Source: Octopus sinensis (Eukaryota). Taken from it: a DNA stretch of 64,000 nt. Within the stretch, counting starts at the first letter, position 1. Each line of letters opens with the position of its first letter. The translations under genes and the position numbers were made by a program. Location: NCBI RefSeq assembly GCF_006345805.1, contig NC_043018.1, forward strand, positions 2,232,001 to 2,296,000, read 5' to 3'. Shown here piece after piece: positions 38,459 to 52,100 of this stretch. The notes beneath the pieces were generated by a model. That model worked only from the letters and a program-made list of their open reading frames with translations. It made no database searches and was not told the DNA's origin.

Positions 38459-39709
38459 AACTGTTTTCTTTACGCCCTCCCACACTCATCACTCATATAT
38501 AAGCAAAAACACACGCCCACAGATGCTCCCACATATACCTTTACACACTGGCCACATTTGCACTCCCTCCTTTCAGAAACCTATTTTCCTTTCTCTCTCT
38601 CCCCTTCCGGCCAATTATTTTCCAGTCGCGTAACAACACACGTGCTTTTCCCGGACTATGCTTTTTCCGTTCTGTCTTCTCTCTTTCCTCTTTCTGACGA
38701 AGATCCGTGCTTGAAGCGTCACACGTTCTCTATTTTCTCCACCTAGAACTTTCTCTGAGCATCGGTCTAATACATTCACAGTATACGTCCATTTGACTTT
38801 TGTCGTTTTTCATGGTTTTCATTTATTTTTGATTTGCCTGTATATCTATGTGTGTGTGTCTATGTGTGTGTGTGTCTATGTGTGTGTGTGTCTATGTGTT
38901 TGTATGTATATGTGTGTGTGTGTCTATGTTTATGCATGTATGCATATGTGTGTGTATGTGTATGCACCAACCACGAATGCCATTCAGTTTCTTTCCTTTA
39001 CACTACTTGTCTGTTTATTAGTTTATTTATTTATTTTACCTTAAACCGTTTATTTAGTGTCATCTGGCAGGTTAACTGGAGAGATCTGCATCTCTAAAGA
39101 CCCTTTTAAGCTGTGCCATGCTTCGGCATTTGATTGGCAGTTTGTATGATATGTCAAATTCTTATGTCATTTGAGAGCAAACTAAACTATTTCTTGTCTG
39201 AACCGTTCGGTAGTAGAAAAACACCAGCTATAAATAAATAAATAAATAGATAAATAAATAAGTAAATAAATAAAAATAGCTTTAATGCTGATACTAATAA
39301 GAAAAATAAATGATTGCTAAGGCAGATAGTAGGACACACATTTAAGCGAGAAGTGAACATTTGAAGTCAACTGCAGCTTAGCAGTTCTTGTATTCACCAG
39401 TGGGAAAGATGAAGGTCAAGTCAACCTCTGCAGGTTTTGAGCATAACACAAAAGCAAACGTAAACTGTCGTAAAAGAATGACTTAAATGATGTTGGTTTA
39501 AGTAGAGGAATCAAGGAGGAGTGAATAGAAAGGAGGAAATTAAATATAACATCTCGATTGAAGGGCAGCCTGCTGAGGGCTCTTATAGTAACCAGTAGCG
39601 TCAGGATTACAGCAGAAAGCTAAAACTTACTGCCATCCTACTTCATTTGGTTCAACTGTTTGATGTTTAGAAGAGATCTGAGAACCTAAGTTTGGCAACT
39701 GTTGTGATG

Positions 39710-39889
39710 CATCTAGCTATTACGTTTCATCTCGCTATAACGTCGTACATACTTGTTACACTGCATAAGGCTATTACATCGCACATACTTATTACATCGC
39801 ATATTGCTATTGCGTTACATGTAGGGGTTATAATGCATAGAACTAATAATTTGTATATAGTTATTACGTTGCATATAGCAGTTACATCT
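39710..39889. repeat. Degenerate 18-bp minisatellite, 10 units
   Basis: Units such as CATCTAGCTATTACGTTT, CATAAGGCTATTACATCG, CACATACTTATTACATCG. Confidence 0.85.
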
Positions 39890-40453
39890 ATGTTTAATGG
39901 CCACATACTCGTTCGGGATTTTATACTGATTTCAGTTAAACTCAAATTAACGCTTATTCAAGCCTCGCATTTCCAACATTACTCTAACTGAATGGACACC
40001 TAACTGCACACTTCGTGTGGGGTGCTTTGTATGTTTTTGCTTATCGAGAGTACATCTAGAATACACCTAGGTTACAGATCCGTGTTTCGCCATTAGTGAC
40101 TGTTTAAAACTCCAAATTTAAACGTGTCTTTGTACTTCACTGTCCTCACCAAAATATATACGACATTGTTGCATATTCAACAAAGATAACTAAAATCGAC
40201 ATTGATGTCTGTAGTTGTTATAGTTTTATCATTGGATAGCCATAGCTGGAAAGTCTTTCATCATATATTTTTCTTTCACTAATAAAGATTGACTTCGGCT
40301 TAAACAACTCCTACTGAACTTTTAACTTTTACTTGTTTCAGTCATTGGACTGCGGCCGTGGAGAGGCTCTGCTTAGAATACTTTAGTCAGTGAAATAGAC
40401 TCTGGTACGTATTTAAGCCTGGTGCTATCAGTTTCTTCACTAACTTCCCTTTA

Positions 40454-40692
40454 TTTACTCTTTTACTCTTTTACTTGTTTCAGTCATTTTGACTGCGGCC
40501 ATGCTGGAGCACCGCCTTTAGTCGAGCAAATCGACCCCGGGACTTATTCTTTGTAAGCCCAGTACTTATTCTATCGTTCTCTTTTGCCGAACCGCTAAGT
40601 GACGGGTACGTAAACACCAGCATCGGTTGTCAAGCAATGCTAGGGGGACAAACACAGACACACAAACACACACACACATACATACATATATA

Positions 40693-40731
<39 letters not shown>

Positions 40732-40896
40732 TACGACAGGCTTCTTTCAGTTTCTGTCTACCAAATCCACTCACAAGGCATTGGTCGGCCCGAGGCTATA
40801 GCAAAAGACACTTGCCCAAGATGCCACGCAGTGGGACTGAACCCGGAACCATGTGGTTGGTTAGCAAGCTACTTACCACACAGCCACTCCTGCGCC
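40454..40896 (-). mobile_element. Full-length SINE family A
   Basis: Head GGCGCAGGAGTGGCTGTGTGG through to a (TAAAAGAG)n tail. Confidence 0.93.
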
Positions 40897-41227
40897 TATT
40901 TGTTTTTAAATTTTGATAATTTTATATTCTTTAAGAAAGAGCAGTTCAAGTGGTGTTGTTATTTTAGCTGCTGCTGCTGCTGTTGCTGTCTGTCGTTTGT
41001 TGTTGTCGGCAATTATAATGTTGCAGTGTTATTACCAGTTCAAACATGCTTGAGGTCCGTTGGAATCGGGGAACGAGCCGGCCCCTGTTCTTTGTCATGG
41101 AGAAAATTTCTCGCTGTAGACAAATGGTGTGGAAACACATAGAGCAGTTTGCAGCGCCACCTAACTAAACTACCAATCCCTAATTATAATGTTGTTGTTG
41201 TTGTTTTTATTATTATTATTATTATTA

Positions 41228-41304
<77 letters not shown>

Positions 41305-41305
41305 T

Positions 41306-41778
41306 GAGTGAGAGAGCAGTTCATGCCATCAAAGTGACACTGGCGTAAAATATACGAAGCCCAATATACCCATCATGACCACCCGTCTGATTAAGGTACA
41401 CCAGGCACATGCATCACAACCATATGTGCGCGACATGGTGATCTCATATCAAGATAAACAGCACATGACCTTGCAAGTGGGGCCCGGTTAGAAATTTCTT
41501 CAGATCGAGTAGCCCATCCCGCTCAAAAGGTCCCTGAATAAGGGTTGTTTAGGGACGTTGAACGAAACACCCATGTTTCCAGAGGTGAATTATTCAAACC
41601 CCAAAGAATCCCTCTCAACACATAGCTATGATGCTCCCCCACTACTTCTGCTCGTGATCAGAGATGCACATATCGTCAGCCACTAAGGGACATGCTCAAC
41701 TGGTTAAGGTCAAACAACTGACAAGCAAATCTGTGGTATTGAGCAGAATATTTGCTGTAGCCCATCTTTTATACCAAG

Positions 41779-41779
<1 letters not shown>
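41306..41779 (-). mobile_element. (AAT)n-embedded ~560-bp element, 5'-truncated copy
   Basis: Reverse complement of about 62203-62679; (ATT)n on both sides. Confidence 0.9.
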
Positions 41780-41817
<38 letters not shown>

Positions 41818-42584
41818 GTTATGTCTTACTGTCGTCGATAGCTTTGTTGATGTAGCTGCTGAGTTGCTCTCAATATTGGTGTTCGTGTTGTCGTTGGTGC
41901 AACCGTCGTTTTGGTTTAACCTTTTCTAATCTCTGTTTGAGAGAGCTATTAGGAAATATCCCAGCCATGTTTACCACGTCCCTCTCTAAACCGGACACAG
42001 CATTTTCCCGTGTATCCCTTACCTTGAAGCAGATCGCAGTGAAAGACATTTTTGGCTGTCAAAGGTTTTTTGTAGCCTTTCGTGAAGCGACGCAACTGTT
42101 CCTGTTTGACTCGGACAATCAGTTTATTACTCAAATGAACGTTATTGTTGATTTTGTTGTTGATGTGGTCGTTGTTGTTATTGACGTTGTTGATGTTGTC
42201 GTTGTTGTTATTGCTGATTTGGTTTACTTGTAGATGGATGCTGATCCAGGAAGCCTACCTAATGCGTTTCAGCCATACCATTCTTGACGCTTTGTTTATC
42301 AGCTCCGACGTTTTCAAATACATCCTTGCTTTTAAAACAATTTGTGGTTATGGCTTGAGAGCTATTGATGCAGAGGGGGACAACTGTTGTTTATCTTATA
42401 AAGTCGGTCGTGGTGGTGTTGGTGGTGGTAACGATGGTTTTCTCGTTGCCGATGTTGTTACTGTCAATATAGGAATTATGAATGCTGTTTCATCCATTGC
42501 TTCTAATCAATCTAAAAATCCAGCGTTACATTTCCCTTTTTAAAAAACAGCGTCAAGTACCATTGCTAAGAATTTCATCCCCCC

Positions 42585-43188
42585 CCCAACCACCACTACC
42601 ACCACTACCCCCATTACCTCCACCCATCCCACTACCCACACACCCCGCCACCAAAGCCACCATCACCACCGCCGCCGACGCCACCACCATCACCACACCC
42701 GCCACCATCACCAGCACCACCAGCACCACCAGCACCATCATCACCACCACCACCACCACCACTAGCACCACTACCGCTGCCGCCACCACTACCACCACCA
42801 TCACCACCACTACCCCGCCCATTCCACTACCCACACACCCCGCCACAAAAACCACCATCACCACCGGCGCCGACGCCACCACCACCGCCACCACCACCGC
42901 CACCATCACCAGCACCACCAGCACCACCACCACTACCACCACCACCACCACCACCACCACCATCACCATCCCATCACCACCACTACTACCACCACCACCA
43001 CCACCACCACCACTACTACCACCATCACCATCACCACCACCACCACCACTAGCACCACTACCGCTGCCGCCACCACCACCACCACCGCCACCGCCATCAC
43101 CACTACCGCCACAACCACCACCACCACTACCACCAAAACAAGCACTACCACCAGCACTACCACCTACACCACCAACATCACCACCATC
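42585..43188. repeat. (CAC/CCA)n-rich low-complexity tract with an internal duplication
   Basis: CCACTACCCACACACCCCGCCAC at about 42629 and 42825. Confidence 0.9.
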
Positions 43189-43604
43189 AGGTAGCCATTT
43201 AAAAATAAATGCTTACAGTGTAAGTCGTCAACAGGAGATAAAAAAAATCCCTGCTATCCTTAAATGGAGAAAATATTCATAACTGTAGATTCTCGCCTCC
43301 CATATTTTCTTCAATATTTATATTGAATGTTAAAATGTTCAGGTTTTTCATTTCGCATTTCTCTTAATGTTAATGAAACCTACGGAATGGCGGATACATT
43401 TTTCATTATGAATATATACATGTATACACACACATACATATATGCATACATATGTGTACGCGTACATACGTATATACATATATTCATGTGCATATATATA
43501 CATATATATATATATATATACATAACATATATATGTATGTATGCATATAGATACATATATATATATATAACATGCATGTATCTATCTATCTATCTATATA
43601 TATA

Positions 43605-43641
<37 letters not shown>

Positions 43642-43691
43642 TATACATATACATGCATGTATCTATCTATCTATCTCTCTCTATATATATG

Positions 43692-43736
<45 letters not shown>

Positions 43737-43815
43737 CATATATATACATATACCTGCATTTATCTATATCTATCTATTTTTATATATATATATATATAAT
43801 ATATATATATGTACG

Positions 43816-43850
<35 letters not shown>

Positions 43851-44009
43851 TCTATTATATACATATATATATATATATATATACACTTACCTATCTGCAT
43901 ACACCCATACACATAAATAAACTGTGTGTGTGCGTGTGTGAGGCATCATGAACGACAAATATTTTCCTATTAACTTTCTATGCCAAAAACTACGTGTTGT
44001 ATGTATCAT

Positions 44010-44179
44010 GATAATGATGACGACGATGATGACGACGATGACGATTATGATGATGATGATGATAGTGATAACGATGGTGATGGTGGGTGGGATGGTTGTG
44101 ATTTTGATGGTGGCAGTGGTGATGGTAATGATAATAATAATAATAATAATAATAATAAAATAATAATAATAAAAATAAC

Positions 44180-44220
<41 letters not shown>

Positions 44221-44260
44221 TAATACTAATAATAATAATAAAAAAAATAACAATAATAAT

Positions 44261-44331
<71 letters not shown>

Positions 44332-44341
44332 TAACAATAAT

Positions 44342-44385
<44 letters not shown>

Positions 44386-44614
44386 TAATAATAATAATAA
44401 TAACAATAATAATAATGATAACAATAATAATAATAATATTAATAATAATGATGATGATGATGATGATGATAATAATTATAATAATATTAATGATAATAAG
44501 AATAAGAATAATAAGAATAATAACAATAATAATAATAATAATAATAATAATGATAATATTAATAATAATAATAATAACAACAATAACAATAATAATAATA
44601 ATAACAACAACAAC

Positions 44615-44649
<35 letters not shown>

Positions 44650-44700
44650 TAATAATAATAATAATAATAATGATGATGATGATGATGATGATGATAATGG
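44010..44700. repeat. (GAT)n/(AAT)n tract, ~700 bp
   Basis: Direct reading. Confidence 0.95.
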
Positions 44701-45029
44701 TAATTTACACGTACGACAGTGTTATTAAAAGCGCGTTGAGTATAGAGGTGTTGAAGGTGGTGATGGTGGAGATTGTGACGAAGATAGTGAAGATGAATAA
44801 AAACTATGAAAAATAAATATCAAGATATTAAAACAAATAAAAATACGAAATTTGTAAGGAAAGCAGATGTTTAAAAAGAGAAAAGAGCGAAGTAAGAGAA
44901 AAAGAGAATGGAAAAGAAACGCTGAAGTAAAAGATGCCGACAAATGCATGGAAGAAGATGAAGCTCTCTGAATGATGACGCCAGAGTTTCTTTCAGATGT
45001 TATGTATTTGGAAAAGGTATTTTCTCTTT

Positions 45030-45418
45030 CTTTTCTATCTTTTATTTCTTTCAGTCATTTTTATGCGGTCATGCTGGAGCACAGCCTTAAGTCAAGGAAA
45101 TTCACCCCCCGCCGACGTATTCTTTGTAAGCCTAATTACTTATTCTATCGGTCGGTCATTTGCCAAGCCCGCCAAGTTACGGGGACGTAAACACACCAGC
45201 ATCGGTTGTCAAGCAATTGTGGACGGACAAACACATACACACACGACTACACATACCATCGTCTTCACCATCATCATCATCCTCATCATCATCATCTAGC
45301 AGAGAATTGGATGTTTAACACAACCCTTTGAAAGATCATTTTTCCTCAGTTTGTTACATTATATATGTATATATACATATATGTATATATATATATAAAT
45401 ATGTACATATATGTATAT

Positions 45419-45450
<32 letters not shown>

Positions 45451-45518
45451 GTATCTATCTGTATATATCGATCTAATCTATCTGTATATAAATACATACA
45501 TACATACATATATCTATA

Positions 45519-45603
<85 letters not shown>

Positions 45604-45664
45604 CGTATCTATAATATATTCTAATGAGTTCAGTATGCGGCAAAGTAATTTATTTTACTAAGCC

Positions 45665-45699
<35 letters not shown>

Positions 45700-45870
45700 C
45701 ATACATACATACATACATGACGGTCTTCTTTCGGTTTCCGTCTACCAAATGCATTCACAGTGCTTTAGTCGTCCCGAGGCTATAGCAGAAGACACTTGCC
45801 CAAGATACCACTGAACCCTGAACCCTGTGTTTGGTAAGCAAGCTACTTACCACACTGCCACTCCTGCGCC
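45030..45870 (-). mobile_element. SINE family A with a ~480-bp expanded or inserted interior
   Basis: Tail at 45030-45235, head at 45718-45870. Confidence 0.75.
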
Positions 45871-46199
45871 TATGTGAAGAATATTTTATAAGCATAGGAC
45901 AAATAAGAGTAAACGTGATATTGGAGTATAGAGTAGCCTCATTTGAGATGAAAGTATTCTGTGACGGAATATAAAAGGAAAATGTTGAAAACAATATAAC
46001 TGGAATTGCGGAACACTCTCAGATGAGGTAAATCCCTGATGACAATACTGCTGGAATGGCAGATTACTGAGGTCAAATTAGTCTACAACTTATAATGTAA
46101 TTCATGCGATTGGAAATCTTTTCGCTTGACAAGTTCGCAGTTTCGCGCTTACCAACTATGAACGATGCCTCAATGCGGCACAGTGAGGATCGAAGCTGT

Positions 46200-46745
46200 T
46201 AGTAATTTCCAGACGTAAAAAGAAAGAGCATTCAGAAATTTACTGGATCACAACTTGCTTGCCAACAACATACGAAGTACTCACTACAATCTGTAAAAGG
46301 TAGATAACTCATTGAGAGAGCAATGATATATTAGCAGAACAGATGAAATACCACCAGAAATACATGTTTGGCTGGGAAGAACAGCAGCTGCTAGTGAATA
46401 GATTATATCGAAATACAGAAACGAAAAAGAAAGCATTAGCTTGACTTCGAGAGATTACCTAAAATATATGATGTGTTTCTTGTATTTGTGATTCTGAAAA
46501 AGCTACACGTAAATAAAATAGCTTTAAACATCATTAAGCATAGTGACGCAGTAATGACAAAATGGAAAACAAGTATGACTCTGGAGGGAGATAAATACTT
46601 CAAATCAGTCCAATTCCCATTAGAAAAGGTTTCTGTCAATCATATAATCTTTTCCCTTCTTCTGCCCTTCTCCAAACCCATCGGGACATATCCCAACTAG
46701 AACCGACAACGATTATGGATTCAAGGATAAGTCATAAAACATCTC
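46200..46745 (+). mobile_element. Old R4/Dong reverse transcriptase fragment
   Basis: ITTCLPTTYEVLTTI..H*ESNDILAEQ..QQLLVN..DY..IIKHSDAVMTKWKTSMTL, with multiple frameshifts. Confidence 0.6.
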
Positions 46746-47529
46746 CTTTGTGCGGTTGATTAAAATATTCGCAAGGGAGACTACTCAGTTGGAAAAATTA
46801 AATACCAGTGAACCAATGAAATGAGTACGGGACTTAGAAGCAATCCCAAGGCTACTATGAGGCAAATTACCGCAAAAAGGAGGGGGGGGGCAAAATAAAT
46901 TTGAATGAGGGAAGAAATCAGAGAAAGAGATCAGATCAACCCATAAACATATTTAAGATTACGAGATTATTTAATACAAAACACGAAAATGCAGAAGAAA
47001 ATTAGCTAAGACGGACTGATATTCAAGAATGAATTATGGTGTCAGAAGTAAGCTAATTGGCATCAATGCTCCTACAGGCTCATTCGAAAACTATAAAATT
47101 AGCAGAATAAACTGGCTTTTAAAAATCAGAAGACTATGAAGAGAATCGAAGAAAAAGCTATGGCTTAATAGTCTAAATTTCCTCTCTGGTTTACGTGTGT
47201 ATTTCAGTATGCAATGAAAATGAGGCTTACTTAAATAAACCGATATTTCGATTTTCAATAGTTTAACTTGAAAATGATTAGTTTTTTTCTAAATGAAAAA
47301 ATGCGGGAAAAATTACATAACAAGTTGAAGCACAGAACAACGATTGTAATAACTGTAATAATTGTTTCTCATTTAGGAATGCGGCCTTCATGTATTGGGT
47401 GGGGAGGGGTGGTTCGTCGATACTTTATACCTTAGTAATTCACTGGTACTTCTTTATTTCATCAACGCCAGAAGCAAAGTTTACTTGGCGAGATCGGAAT
47501 TCACAATATAAGTGTCGGAACAATACAAT

Positions 47530-47573
<44 letters not shown>

Positions 47574-47663
47574 CCTTAAAAAAAAATGTCTTAGCCCGAA
47601 GGCCGCGGCCATGCTGGGGCACCAACCGCTGTTAAAAACTTCGAGCTTGCCAAGATATATATT

Positions 47664-47696
<33 letters not shown>

Positions 47697-47707
47697 CTTG
47701 ATATCAC

Positions 47708-47955
47708 CACAGATAGCATTCCAGGATGTATTAGTAACACGCACGAAGTATGGATTCAAGACATCCGTATACTGCAAACCGCCCCTCACTGGACGATACC
47801 TCAGCTTCAACTCTCACTATTCATACAGTGTAAAGAGAGGGATTGCTCAGTGTCTAAAACTTTGAGCGATGAATATAAGTAGCGATCGTGATACACACCA
47901 CAAAGAAATGATCAAGCTCTATTAAGTAACAATTACCCTCAAAGCATACTCTCCA
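47708..47955 (+). mobile_element. Penelope-like reverse transcriptase C-terminal fragment
   Basis: IAFQDVLVTR..FKTSVYCKPPLTGRYLSFNSH..VKRGIAQCLKL*A..NNYP, matching the FLD..YRKPT.T..YL.F.S.H..K..NGYP pattern; starts right after (TA)n. Confidence 0.85.
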
Positions 47956-47984
47956 TTCCACCTCAAACTTTATAGTAAAGATTA

Positions 47985-49484
47985 GTCCTTCAGTACTGAT
48001 ATCAGAATAGAGTTCCGACTGAGAAAGTGTGTTGTGTTAGTCTCGAAGAGAAGCAAAATCAAATGTATGGATGGGCTAAGGTTACCGTTGGGGGAGGTTA
48101 TGAAGTAGACAAAAGAGAAGGGATATAAGTACTTGGAGATTTTGCAAATGGATAAATTGATGGAGAAAGAAATGACAGAAAAATTTAAGATGGAATACTC
48201 GCGCAGACTGAGACTGATCCTAAAGTCAAAATTTAATGGACGGAATAAAATTGAAGCTATCAACACCTGGGCGGTTTTACTCCTTAGATATGGAGCAAGG
48301 ATGATCGCATGTCCAGCAGACGAACGAAACAGCTTAGACAGAAAGACAAGGAAGTTGCTGACTAGATATCGGACATTCCACCCAAAACGTGACACCGATA
48401 GACTGTATGTACCAAGAAAAAGAGGGGGAAGAGGACTTATTGGATGCGAACACAGCATTACAGAAGAAGAAAACAACATAGCATGGTATGTAAATGCGGC
48501 AGAACCGCTATTATTAGAAATAAGAAGGTCAGGGTTGTGTAGGAAGAAAGATTGCAAAGATAAAGCACTATTCAACAAATTGTGGATGAATGAAACTGAA
48601 AATAGTTGGGTAAAGAAAAGAATGCATGGTCAGTTCCATAGGGATGTTGAAGATAAGACAGACAGATAGAAAAAAATGGCTGTGGTTGACTAAAAGTAAT
48701 TTAAACCTGGAAACGAAGGCTCTAATCTGTGCTGCCCAAGAGCAAGTACTAAGAACAAACTACATAAAATACAGAATATTGGGATGTTGAAGATAAGACA
48801 GACAGATAAAAAAAAATGGCTGTGGATGACTAAAAGTAATTTAAAACTGGAAACGAAGGCTCTAATCTGTGCTGCCCAAGAGCAAGTACTAAGAACAAAC
48901 TACATAAAATACAGAATAGAAAACACAGCAGAAAGTGATAAGTTCAGAATCTGTGGACAAAATGGTGAAACCGTATGGCATATTACCAGCCAATGTACGT
49001 CATTAGCCCAGAAGGAATATAAGAGACGCCACGACAATATAGCCAGGCTTGACCATTGGTCACTTTGCAACAAGTATGGACTTGACAGAGCAAAATATTG
49101 GTACGGCCACAAAACTGAAGTCATCGTCGCAAATAGAAATGCAAAGATCATATGAGATTTTATGATTCAGTGCGACCATGAGATAGAGAATAGGAAACCG
49201 GACATAGTATTTATACGATAAGGAAAAGAGAAAAGTCGAGAGATATGACAGGTTAGCTTCGGAACTTAAGTAGTTGTGGTCGATGAAAAAAGTAGCAGTA
49301 GTACCAATAAGTGTCAGAGTACGTGGAACAAACAGAGGCCGCAATAAGGGTAGAGAACTTGCAGAAAAACAGCACTGCTTGGAACCGCCCAGATACTCAA
49401 AAATTAAGATGTGTTACCTTAGTTCACTGGTATTGAACAGCTGACACTGCAGTACATCTCCAAAGTTAGAATCTGTGCAAAGAC
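47985..49484 (+). mobile_element. 5'-truncated R4/Dong-clade LINE ending in (AAT)n
   Basis: YKYL, NKIEAINTWAV..RY, RLYVPRKRGGRGL, MHGQF, AAQEQ, degenerate CCHC (RICG..ETVWHITSQC), RHD and RKPDIV motifs; contains stops and frameshifts. Confidence 0.93.
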
Positions 49485-49559
<75 letters not shown>

Positions 49560-49584
49560 CATGATGATAATAATAATAATAACG

Positions 49585-49665
<81 letters not shown>

Positions 49666-50455
49666 CAACAACAACAAGAATGAGAATAATCTCTGCCAGC
49701 GTTATTATGATAAACTCCTGAATATGCGTGCTTGGACAATGAAAATGAAGATGAGTAGGTGGAAGGCGAAAAAATGGTTTAGGGTCATCAAGATGAAAAT
49801 GAAAATGGAGGTCAATGATGATGATGATGATGACGATGATGAAGGTAATTATAAAAATGACTATCACTGTGACGTTATGGATGGTGCTGCGATGGTGCGG
49901 ATCATTCCTCATGAATACAATCGCATTCGCTGGTCAAGAATAACAAATACGATGGCGAATACCGACGTGTGAAGCGTCACCTTATTTCAATTACAGCTGT
50001 ATTTCGTCGCTGAGTTCTCGTAGATTATTGCACCCCACGTGTATCACCACATGACTACTACATCACTACTACGAGAAGCAAAAATTAGAATAAGCTTCAA
50101 GCAATATCTCTTACGTGTCATGTTTATAACCAAATGAATCGTTATTAAAAGTTACGTTCAGATTTTGTGTATCACGAATATTGTTCAGTAACACGAACGT
50201 CATTCATGGCAGTCTGCTTATAAACAAATATATACACTCACATATACGCACACATACATATATACATACATGCATACATATATACATACATGCAAACATG
50301 CATATATTGATACATGCATAACTATATACATAAATACAGACAAACAGACATATATAAGACTACGCGTGTCTGCGTATATGTACGTCTGTGTGAGTTTCTG
50401 TGTGAATTATCAAAGACGTATACAATGCATGTGTGTATACATGTACAAGAAAGTT

Positions 50456-50505
<50 letters not shown>

Positions 50506-51117
50506 TTTTGATATATATGCATATATATATATATATATATATATATGCGTGTGTGTGTGTGTGTGTGTGTATATATTATATTCACACACGCATACACACA
50601 CATGTATGTATATTTGGCATTTGCTAATCATCATTGTCGTCGTCGCAGTCAATACAAGAGTCGTATCTTTGTTTGTTTTGTTGGTTTTTGCTTTCGAAAA
50701 GACGTTGCATGAAAAGACACTCTTTCTCTCACTGACAGATTTTGTTTCATAAAGTTCAGGTATTTTTTTCTTGCAGCGAACAGCTTTTATACTGTAATCC
50801 AGATGCGATCAGTTCTAAGGCTTCTTCTTGTATGTATGAGCACACACACACACATACACACATACACACAGACACAGACACAGACACACACATATATATA
50901 TATATTTATTTATTTATATACATATATATTATATATATATATATATTATATATATATATATATAATATATATATATATATGTATACAGACACATATGTAT
51001 GTACATATTTCCCACTTTCTCTCTCGCGTCGCGCTCTATATATATACACATATGTATACATACATACACACACATATATATATATATATATGTGTATATA
51101 TATATATATACATATAT

Positions 51118-51148
<31 letters not shown>

Positions 51149-51196
51149 CGTATATATATATATATATATATACATACATACATACTATATAATATA

Positions 51197-51267
<71 letters not shown>

Positions 51268-51492
51268 ATATATATATATATATTATATATATATACATAT
51301 ATATGCATTATGTATGTATATATGTATGTATGCATGTATGTATACAGGCATGCGCGCACACATGTACATGGATTGGATTATCTGTTGAGCACTTGGGGTA
51401 TTTCATTAAGTAAACTCAACTACTGTTTTATTGAATGAATATCTAAAATGACGGAGTACTCTAGAGTGTCATTTTCCTGTGCCGGTACCGGC

Positions 51493-51523
51493 GGGAGGGA
51501 GGGAGGGAAGGAGGGAGGGAGGG
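51493..51523 (+). other. G-quadruplex-capable (GGGA)n tract
   Basis: Seven GGG runs mostly with 1-nt loops, preceded by the palindrome GCCGGTACCGGC. Confidence 0.7.
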
Positions 51524-51740
51524 TGTGGACATGATTTGTTTTTTATCGTTAGAAATCGTCTTATTTAACGAAGATCGACATACTTTTTGTTCAGCCGAAT
51601 TTCGTTCGCAAGGATTAAATGTAAATGAAGAATCCATTCGTAGACCACATATGTGCAAAGTATCACTCTGACAACATCTCATGATGACGCAGTTAAGTGT
51701 TCCAAAAGCCTAAGGCATTTCGTATGTCTCTCTCTCTCTC

Positions 51741-51772
<32 letters not shown>

Positions 51773-51952
51773 CACGCACACACATGCACACTTACACACA
51801 TAGAAAGACACACTCACACATACTCACACGCGCATATATATATATCTGCGTGTGTATATATATATATATATAATATATATATATATACGTACATACATGC
51901 TAGTATATATATATGTGTATATATATATATATGTATATATGTATATATATAA

Positions 51953-52058
51953 CGGGAAGCTTTATGAAAATAAACAAAAGACGAAGGCAGGTGGAAAACA
52001 ACGAACAATTGTATTAGTATGGCGCTCAGGAAATATAAATAAAACAAGTCTTTAACGT

Positions 52059-52059
<1 letters not shown>
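51953..52059 (-). mobile_element. 3' fragment of element P1, truncated at the hammerhead stem III
   Basis: Minus strand begins AACGTTAAAGAC and continues as in 59722-59821; (TA)n on both sides. Confidence 0.7.
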
Positions 52060-52100
<41 letters not shown>

